From: an uncultured archaeon
Lineage (GTDB): Archaea; Asgardarchaeota; Lokiarchaeia; Sigyniarchaeales; SOKP01
Reading direction: 5' to 3'
Assembly: GCA_964388035.1 (NCBI GenBank)
Contig: CAYLZE010000146.1
Location: forward strand, 1 to 10,236
DNA: 10,236 nt
Under the pieces are notes generated by a model. The model made no database searches, was not told the origin of the DNA, and worked only from the letters and a program-made list of their open reading frames with translations. Position 1 is the first letter of the stretch, and the number at the start of each line of letters is the position of its first letter. The position numbers and the translations under genes are program-made. This document shows, one piece after another, positions 1-6,754 of the stretch.

Positions 1-489
1 CTTTGGATCATTCTAATGATTCGGGACTTAGTCGGAGTCGTGCGAAAAAAGAAAGATTTTGACGATCAAATTCTTTTTTTACTCCTTGCTATTTTAGTTC
101 AACTAATAGTCGCTGCAATTTTACCCGCATCTCAAGTAGATCCAAAACTTCAGGAAAACACCATTCAATTGTGGGTATTTTATTTCCCTGACTTGTATAC
201 GGATACTTTTGGTATAGAAGCTTGGATCAACTCTACCTACTTGTTAGCGTTCAGGGGCGGAGTTACCCTACTCATTCTATTGGCTATCATACCCTTAGTC
301 TTAGAGGTTAAAAATGAAGAAGTGAGTTTCATTGCAATAGTTATCATAGATCTCATCTTCATACCCCCTTTCTTGTATCTTAGTTACATATGGGCGCCTA
401 CTGTAATGTACGTGATAACATTACTTCTTTGTGTTGTACTGTTAGTCGTACTTTTAATGATAACCCGCTCCGGGAAAGAGGTAAAATAA
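1..489 (+). CDS. Multi-pass membrane protein of unknown function, probably 5'-truncated by the window edge
   Basis: The ORF from ATG 16 has about 4 hydrophobic segments. The frame stays open back to position 1 (CTT TGG ATC ATT CTA ATG = LWIILM), so the true start may lie upstream. Stop TAA 487-489. No family recognised. Confidence 0.7.
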   Translation, partial: LWIILMIRDLVGVVRKKKDFDDQILFLLLAILVQLIVAAILPASQVDPKLQENTIQLWVFYFPDLYTDTFGIEAWINSTYLLAFRGGVTLLILLAIIPLVLEVKNEEVSFIAIVIIDLIFIPPFLYLSYIWAPTVMYVITLLLCVVLLVVLLMITRSGKEVK

Positions 490-865
490 AAAAGCTTAAT
501 CTTATTATAAGTTCTAATTTTATATTTATTTTTATTTTTATACTATTTCTATAGCATCAATCTCATTCTTATTTTGGCACGAGGGGATTTTAATTTTAAA
601 TATAAGAATAGATTAAGTTTTTATCAATTAATTGCCCCTCTTAGCAATTTTGATTCAATTTCAAATAATAGTATTAAGCAATTTCTCCGATTATAAAACT
701 TTTTAAATTATTCAATAAATATCTAATTCATCTTATTTCAATCGAGCTATATAATAGTATAACGCGTTGAAGGTTTTTTTAAATTTTTTTGATAAGAGTT
801 ATTCGAATAAATAGGTATTAAAAGTGGGATAGAGAATCGCAATTAACAGGCTATAAAGGAAGCGC

Positions 866-2152
866 ATGCTTAAGAAAAAAGCTAAAGAATATGGAAATAT
901 TTTTAAGATACTTTTGACAGAAAAATTCTTCAGAATTGCACTAATTATTCATTTATTCTATTTAATATTAGCCATCACCTTAACGTTAGTATTTTTTCAA
1001 GAATTCAATGATTTTACAGTCTTTTATAAAGCAGGAGAAGTTTCTATATCGAATCTTGGAAATCTTTACAACCCCTCCAATTATCTTTGGCCTTTCAGGT
1101 ATTTCCCCCTCGGGGCATTCATATTTATTCCCTTTGCGCTATTACCGTTTGGAATTGCCTTCATTCTCTTCAATATATTTAATTTTATTATCAATCTTTT
1201 TATTTGTGTAATCCTCTATAAAATTGTGAGATTGAATATCAAGGAGGAGATTTTAAAGAAAAAAATCAGTTTTTATCTAGGTCTTTATTTAATAGCCTTG
1301 CCGCATGTGTACAATTACATCATGGGGCAGTCCAACTTATTAGTTGCCATATGCCTCTTAATTTCGCTATTTATTTTTTTGAAAAAAGAGAATTTGAAAT
1401 GGAATTGCCTTGGTGGTTTATTTGTGGGGTTAGGTATAACAGTTAAACCAATAGCTATCTTTATCATCCCTTTCCTAATTAGTTTCACCTTGTTTTCAAG
1501 TAAGAAAATTCTTTTCCTTGAGATTAAAAATTCTTTAGTGAGAATATTTGGTGCTCTGCTTCCTCTATTCCTTAACGTTCCTTTATTTCTGATGTTTCCT
1601 GAATTATTCCACGGTTTTTTAGAAATCAATTTTATCGGCACAGATACGCTCATCGTAAATAATTCTTTTAGTATCACAAAATTGATTATAAATGCTCTTT
1701 CCATGTATGGAGTTGAGACCTCTATTTTAAAAGAGCTCCAAATTATCATTTTTCTAGTAGTTTTTTTATTAATAGGGGTAACGGGATTCATAATTTACCT
1801 GATTCGAGCACCAACCACGCATTCAATTATATTTGGATATATTCTGGGAATAGTAATCGTTTTACTAGTCTATTTTGATTCCTGGGATCATCATTTATTG
1901 ATATTAATTCCATTTCTTCTCATTTTAATAATTTCTTTTGAAACGTTACCCGACAATAATAAACCGATCAGTTTTCTTTTGAATGTCGCAAAGAAGAGTT
2001 TTTATTTCTTTATTTTTGTCGATCTTCCCCTTTTTGGCCTGATATTTTTGATTAGAAATATTTTTCCATTTAATTTCATTCCTACCATATTTTTGCTTCT
2101 TATATATGGAAGTATAGAAAGGATTTTAATAAATAAAGGAAAAAATTCTTAA
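866..2152 (+). CDS. Glycosyltransferase family 87 (DUF2029, GT-C fold) polytopic membrane protein
   Basis: 428 aa with many TM helices. GT87-type motifs in the expected order: DFTVFYKAG (putative catalytic Asp after TM1), PFRYFP, GQSNLL, GLGITVKP, NNSF and WDHH. Confidence 0.82.
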   Translation: MLKKKAKEYGNIFKILLTEKFFRIALIIHLFYLILAITLTLVFFQEFNDFTVFYKAGEVSISNLGNLYNPSNYLWPFRYFPLGAFIFIPFALLPFGIAFILFNIFNFIINLFICVILYKIVRLNIKEEILKKKISFYLGLYLIALPHVYNYIMGQSNLLVAICLLISLFIFLKKENLKWNCLGGLFVGLGITVKPIAIFIIPFLISFTLFSSKKILFLEIKNSLVRIFGALLPLFLNVPLFLMFPELFHGFLEINFIGTDTLIVNNSFSITKLIINALSMYGVETSILKELQIIIFLVVFLLIGVTGFIIYLIRAPTTHSIIFGYILGIVIVLLVYFDSWDHHLLILIPFLLILIISFETLPDNNKPISFLLNVAKKSFYFFIFVDLPLFGLIFLIRNIFPFNFIPTIFLLLIYGSIERILINKGKNS

Positions 2153-2369
2153 TTTCTCCAATAAAGCTTAAAATTCAATGAAAAAGAATAGATGTAAGAG
2201 AAACAGGATATATTTTATTTATTTGAAAATTTGAGAAAGCTACTTTTTTTAGATTTTTGTTGATAAAAGTTACTCTCTTTACTTAGCAGATTTTTTTTTA
2301 ATATAATATTCATCTAAAATTATGCAAAATTTTTCTTATTTTAGACTATTTTTTTTTACTTATAATTCA

Positions 2370-2382
2370 TTATATATATATA
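2370..2382 (+). promoter_or_regulatory. Putative TATA box of radA (TTATATATATATA)
   Basis: T(TA)6 tract 33-45 nt upstream of the radA ATG at 2415, consistent with an archaeal TATA box and a short 5' UTR. The AT-rich background lowers specificity. Confidence 0.45.
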
Positions 2383-2414
2383 GAGTGAAAACCTAAAAAA
2401 ATAAAATTAAAACA

Positions 2415-3434
2415 ATGGCAAAAAAAAAAACTGAGGAAGAAGAATCTGAAGAGGAAGAAGAGACTTTATCTAATACTGAGGAAGACAAGGCAAAATCAGT
2501 TCAATCTTTAACCGATTTACCCGGAGTCGGGGATGCAACGAAAAAGAAACTTAAGGATGCGGGCATATTATCCATTAAATCTTTAGCTTTATATCCCATA
2601 TCAAAGCTTATCGAAGATGTGGGTGTCGGCGAAAAAACGGCTTATAAGTTAGTTAAAGCGGCTCAAGAATTAGAAGATATGGGTTTTAAGCCTGCAACTT
2701 CCGTTTGGGAAAAAAGGAAACAATTGAGAAGAATCACCACGGGGAGTTCTAATATAGACGAATTATTAGGAGGAGGAATTGAAACAGGAGCAGTCACGGA
2801 GCTTTTTGGTGAATATAGGACGGGAAAGACTCAACTAACCCACCAACTATGCGTGAACGTGCAATTAGATTATGATAGCGGGGGATTAGAAGGAAGTGCG
2901 ATTTACATAGATACAGAGGGTACCTTTCGACCGGAACGAATAATCCAGATGGCAGAAGCAAGAGACATGGATTATAATAACGTGTTAAAGAACATCGTGG
3001 TGGGAAGGGCTTATAACAGTGACCATCAAATTTTACTGGCTAAAGAAGCATCACGATATATAGAAGAAAAAAATATAAAACTGGTAGTGGTTGATTCCAT
3101 TATTTCTCATTTTCGCAGCGAATATGTAGGAAGAGGCACTCTAGCTAACCGGCAGCAAATTCTGAACGGGCACATTCATGACTTATTGAGATTAGCAGAA
3201 ACTTTTGAGGAATTAGCAGTAATCTTCACGAATCAAGTGTCCTCCAAGCCGGACGTATTCTACGGCAACCCCACGACCTTTACGGGAGGAAATATTATTG
3301 CTCACGGGTCAACAGTCCGCCTATATTTGCGAAAAGGTAAAGGGGAGCAAAGAATTGTACGAGTGGTCGATTCGCCTAATCTTCCCGAGGAAGAAGGCGT
3401 GTTTTCCATAACAGAAGATGGAATCAAAGACTAA
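2415..3434 (+). CDS. radA: DNA repair and recombination protein RadA (RecA/Rad51 family)
   Basis: N-terminal HhH domain (LTDLPGVGDATKKKLKDAGI), FxxA polymerisation motif (GFKPA), Walker A GEYRTGKT (2808-2831), YIDTEGTFRPER, Walker B LVVVDS, L1 GRGTLANRQ, TNQV and L2 GGNIIAH. No intein. Confidence 0.97.
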   Translation: MAKKKTEEEESEEEEETLSNTEEDKAKSVQSLTDLPGVGDATKKKLKDAGILSIKSLALYPISKLIEDVGVGEKTAYKLVKAAQELEDMGFKPATSVWEKRKQLRRITTGSSNIDELLGGGIETGAVTELFGEYRTGKTQLTHQLCVNVQLDYDSGGLEGSAIYIDTEGTFRPERIIQMAEARDMDYNNVLKNIVVGRAYNSDHQILLAKEASRYIEEKNIKLVVVDSIISHFRSEYVGRGTLANRQQILNGHIHDLLRLAETFEELAVIFTNQVSSKPDVFYGNPTTFTGGNIIAHGSTVRLYLRKGKGEQRIVRVVDSPNLPEEEGVFSITEDGIKD

Positions 3435-3627
3435 TTATCTCATCGTTGCCGATTGTTTAAATTCTTGTTCTAATTAATATTTTAATCCATCAGCTTAGAT
3501 TAAAAGTCTGTTATCACCCAATTTATATAAAAAAGAGTCCCAGTGCTATTCCAAATTTAAAATAATCTCAATTTGAGCGTATAAGAAATGAGATGAAAAA
3601 AAATATAAAAATTACAAAGATATTTGC

Positions 3628-4107
3628 TTAAATATCAACATTAACATCGATTTCGATTCCTTCTCTAACGGCCTGCGTGACGAGACAATATTCTTCAAAG
3701 AAACTGAAATCATCCCCGACCTTTTTTAAACATTGTTTTGCGCGTTTAAGAGCCTCGGGATCGCTAATTTTTGGTTCAATGTTTACGTTAATTTTAGTCA
3801 CTCTCCAAAATCCTTTTTCATTCCGTGAAATGAGGACTTCTGCTTCCGCTCGATAATCATCTACTTTGAGATTTCTTTTTTTTAAACAAAAAATAAAACT
3901 TGCACTTAAACATCCTAAAACAGCTAATGCCAGCATTCTTGAAGGATTTGGTCCTAGCATGTCTCCTTCAGTCTTATGTACTTCATCTATATAACAATCT
4001 TTAACATTCATGTCCCCTAAATCGCATTTAAAGATCTGTTGGGATTCATCTTGCGTTAATTTTAGGGCTACATTTGTCTTTATTATTTCATTTGAAATGA
4101 CATTCAC
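3628..4107 (-). CDS. OsmC/Ohr-like family protein
   Basis: GPNPSRMLALAVLGC matches the GPxPxExLxxALxxC motif. The second conserved Cys lies in YCLVTQAV (CxV). 159 aa. GTG start uncertain. Confidence 0.85.
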   Translation of the reverse strand: MNVISNEIIKTNVALKLTQDESQQIFKCDLGDMNVKDCYIDEVHKTEGDMLGPNPSRMLALAVLGCLSASFIFCLKKRNLKVDDYRAEAEVLISRNEKGFWRVTKINVNIEPKISDPEALKRAKQCLKKVGDDFSFFEEYCLVTQAVREGIEIDVNVDI

Positions 4108-4292
4108 CGCATTTATCTAATTATAAATTATTACTTTGAAGATATAATACTTCTTATTTTTATCTTGTATTTTTTATAAAATTCTGAAAATGGATTTTTT
4201 GATAAATGTATAATTTATTCAATTTTCCGCTAAGCGTTTAGTTTCTTGAGGGATATTATAATTAGATTCAAGGATTATTTATCGGGTTTGAT

Positions 4293-4898
4293 TCAATTTT
4301 CTTTATCTTTTAAATATTTATGACGTGAGAGATGGAATAGAAGAAAAATGAAGTAAAAAAAAATAAAGTAAAAATATTCAATTGCTAAGAAAACCACTGA
4401 GAATATCATAAGAATAAAAAGTATGAGTTCTGCTAACAAACAAGGTTTACTATTGTAATATTTGAAGTCAAAAAATGATGCAGGATCATTATATTGGGCT
4501 AGATAACGGTCTAAATTGTTAAATTCTTCTTTTGAAATTAACATCTTAAAACCATGAAGAGTTTTGGGGAAATAAAACAAGTTCGTCCCCCAATCAAAGG
4601 AGTCTATTATAACATGAACTAGTAAGATACATCCCGATAAAATGACAGCTGGTGAGAGAAAAATCAGACCAAGAATGATGACTATTCCTCCGGGAATGAT
4701 TGAATGCGTAATTAGCATTCTATGATTATGATTCTTAGCATATTTTGAAAAAAGTATATCAAGATCTAAAATGAAAGCAGACACAACTATTAGAAGATAT
4801 TCCAAAAAAGTAAGCTGTAAGATATTTAAGAAAATTGATGCTATGATTACTCCCGAGGCATAATGAGAATTAATATGGATAATTGATCCCCCCGGCAA
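4293..4898 (-). CDS. Membrane-bound metal-dependent hydrolase, YdjM-like
   Basis: Hydrophobic 201-aa protein with the ordered motifs SH..., LDLD, HRMLITHS and HVIID typical of YdjM/DUF457-type hydrolases. TTG start uncertain. Confidence 0.72.
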   Translation of the reverse strand: MPGGSIIHINSHYASGVIIASIFLNILQLTFLEYLLIVVSAFILDLDILFSKYAKNHNHRMLITHSIIPGGIVIILGLIFLSPAVILSGCILLVHVIIDSFDWGTNLFYFPKTLHGFKMLISKEEFNNLDRYLAQYNDPASFFDFKYYNSKPCLLAELILFILMIFSVVFLAIEYFYFIFFYFIFLLFHLSRHKYLKDKEN

Positions 4899-4899
4899 T

Positions 4900-5862
4900 T
4901 CAAATTATGACATTTTTGTTTAATCTTTCCAGAATTCTTTCCTTAGACTTGAATCCCCAGGGCCCCTTTTTTTCTACATTGAAGGAAGCTGCCACTGAGG
5001 CTAATTCTCCTGCTTTTTTTATAGATTGCCAGGATTTATCCGAATTTAAGAATTCATAAATGAATATCGATAAATATACATCACCAGCGCCCGTCTCATC
5101 CTCTACTTTTTCGGGTTTATATGCGGGAATGCGAATAATATCCTTATCCTCTTTAACAATTAAAGAACCATTTTCACCTAATGTCATGATATAAATTCCG
5201 CGATATTTCCTGAAATAATTCATGATTTCATCCAGATCATTCAACCCCGTCAAAAATTTCATCTCTTCTTCCGAGCCCTTCAAGATAAGTTTGTCTCCTA
5301 AAATTCGTATGATTTTATCGAGTTTTCTTATCAATGTTTTTTCCCGTATCAAGAGCACTTTGCCCTTGTTATCAAAGGAACGAATAAAACCTTGTAAATC
5401 CATTCCAAAATATGAATCTGGAAACGCTTGGATCACCCTTTTAATATAGTGAGGAGAGATTTCATTGCATAAGGGTACAAAAACCATGGCATCGGGAGGA
5501 TTTTCAAGATGTCTTTTTGAAATGTCTCTAAATTTAAGATTGGGACTTTTGGATTTAAGGGTCAAGGTACGGGAATGGTTGGTATAATCTAACACAAAGT
5601 TTGTATTTTTCCTGGGATATCTTTTTATTCCCTTTAAATCAATGGAATTCCCTTTAAAATTGTCGAAGAGAGAATTATCAAAATTCACGGTTCCTAAATT
5701 GGAAATTATTGCAATATCTGCATCTTTTACATATTCTCTCAATGACAAGGAACAATACGCCACACTTCCTCCCAGAGCGGGTGTACTTTCTTGGTTAAAC
5801 CTAATCACCGTATCTATTGCGAAATGCCCTCCAAAATAAATTCGATTTTTCTCTCTTGTCAT
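4900..5862 (-). CDS. PfkB/ribokinase-family carbohydrate kinase, probable myo-inositol kinase-like subfamily
   Basis: GHFAID, LGGSVAY, TLGENGS and the anion-hole motif DETGAGD (aa 255-261). DLQGFIR (aa 155-161) resembles the myo-inositol kinase subfamily. The family call is strong; the substrate call is inference. Confidence 0.88.
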   Translation of the reverse strand: MTREKNRIYFGGHFAIDTVIRFNQESTPALGGSVAYCSLSLREYVKDADIAIISNLGTVNFDNSLFDNFKGNSIDLKGIKRYPRKNTNFVLDYTNHSRTLTLKSKSPNLKFRDISKRHLENPPDAMVFVPLCNEISPHYIKRVIQAFPDSYFGMDLQGFIRSFDNKGKVLLIREKTLIRKLDKIIRILGDKLILKGSEEEMKFLTGLNDLDEIMNYFRKYRGIYIMTLGENGSLIVKEDKDIIRIPAYKPEKVEDETGAGDVYLSIFIYEFLNSDKSWQSIKKAGELASVAASFNVEKKGPWGFKSKERILERLNKNVII

Positions 5863-6017
5863 GGAATGAAAACCATTTTATTTTAATTAAGTGTTGTTAG
5901 CACATTTTAAGGGAGTTCATTAATCTAAAGTATTATTATAAAAAAAATTAAATTGAATACATTAAAAAAAGCAGTTTGGTTAAAATATTTTATCGCTTCT
6001 ATATCTGCTTGTTAAAA

Positions 6018-6728
6018 CTACTTTAAGTTCATTAAACTATTAATAAGTTTATCTTTTTCTTCTATCACTCGCTTAAACTCGTTAATTTTCTCTCTAAGCT
6101 GGATCAATAAGGCCCCATCTTCAGTTCCCGCGATTTCATTTTCCTTATTTTTTATCATTTCTTTTAATACTCTATTTTCCGAAGTTAATTCATCTATTTT
6201 CGTAGAAAAAATCTTAATTTTTATCGAGATCTCTTTCATTTTTGTTTCAAATTCCTTTAAGATCTCCGTTTTTTTTGCTAATTCCGTGGATAAATTTTCA
6301 TTTTCGTCTTTAATAGTTTTTAATTCGCTTTTTAAGTTTTGTTCTTCCGCAGCAGTAGTATTTATAATTTTTTCGGCTTTTTCAATAAAATCTACATTCG
6401 ATTTTATTTTCTCCGTTAGTTCTTCATTTCTTTTTTCAAGTTCTTTTTGTTTAGCCTCAGCTTTTTCTGCCCGTTCAATCAATTCTCCAATTGCCGTTCC
6501 TTTATCATCCTTAGCTTTCTTATCCTTGAAAAAGGTCATGAAATCTTTATCATTACTTGAAGGGCTTTTTGGCTTTACTAAGTCTTTTGCTTGAACTGGT
6601 TCATTTGGCATTGAACTTTTTTCTCTATTTAATACTTCCATTGAAGATTTCATTTCTTGTTCTTTCTTATTTTTCCACATCGTCATGAAGTCCTGTTCCT
6701 TTTCATTATTTTCTGCCATTTCTTTCAA
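6018..6728 (-). CDS. Hypothetical coiled-coil protein
   Basis: 236 aa, E/K-rich with a heptad pattern from about aa 80 to the end, and a Pro/Ser linker at aa 38-60. Start is TTG 6728 (GAGG 4 nt upstream) or ATG 6719. Begins 26 nt after the amrB stop. Confidence 0.78.
   Translation of the reverse strand: MKEMAENNEKEQDFMTMWKNKKEQEMKSSMEVLNREKSSMPNEPVQAKDLVKPKSPSSNDKDFMTFFKDKKAKDDKGTAIGELIERAEKAEAKQKELEKRNEELTEKIKSNVDFIEKAEKIINTTAAEEQNLKSELKTIKDENENLSTELAKKTEILKEFETKMKEISIKIKIFSTKIDELTSENRVLKEMIKNKENEIAGTEDGALLIQLREKINEFKRVIEEKDKLINSLMNLK
6516..6692 (-). repeat. Intragenic duplicated decapeptide DFMTxxKxKK (6663-6692 and 6516-6545)
   Basis: DFMTMWKNKK (aa 13-22) and DFMTFFKDKK (aa 62-71): 7 of 10 residues identical. 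Confidence 0.7.
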
Positions 6729-6754
6729 ATGTCCTCTTTATAAGTTAATTTCTT

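Noticed and set aside
1008-1791. ORFs 1008-1211 (+) and 1315-1791 (-)
   Set aside because: Both are nested in or antisense to the well-supported GT87 gene and have no recognisable motifs.
2808-2840. Possible intein in RadA near Walker A
   Set aside because: The sequence is continuous and of normal length, with no insertion.
5222-5839. ORFs 5222-5449 (+) and 5642-5839 (+)
   Set aside because: Antisense shadows of the PfkB kinase.
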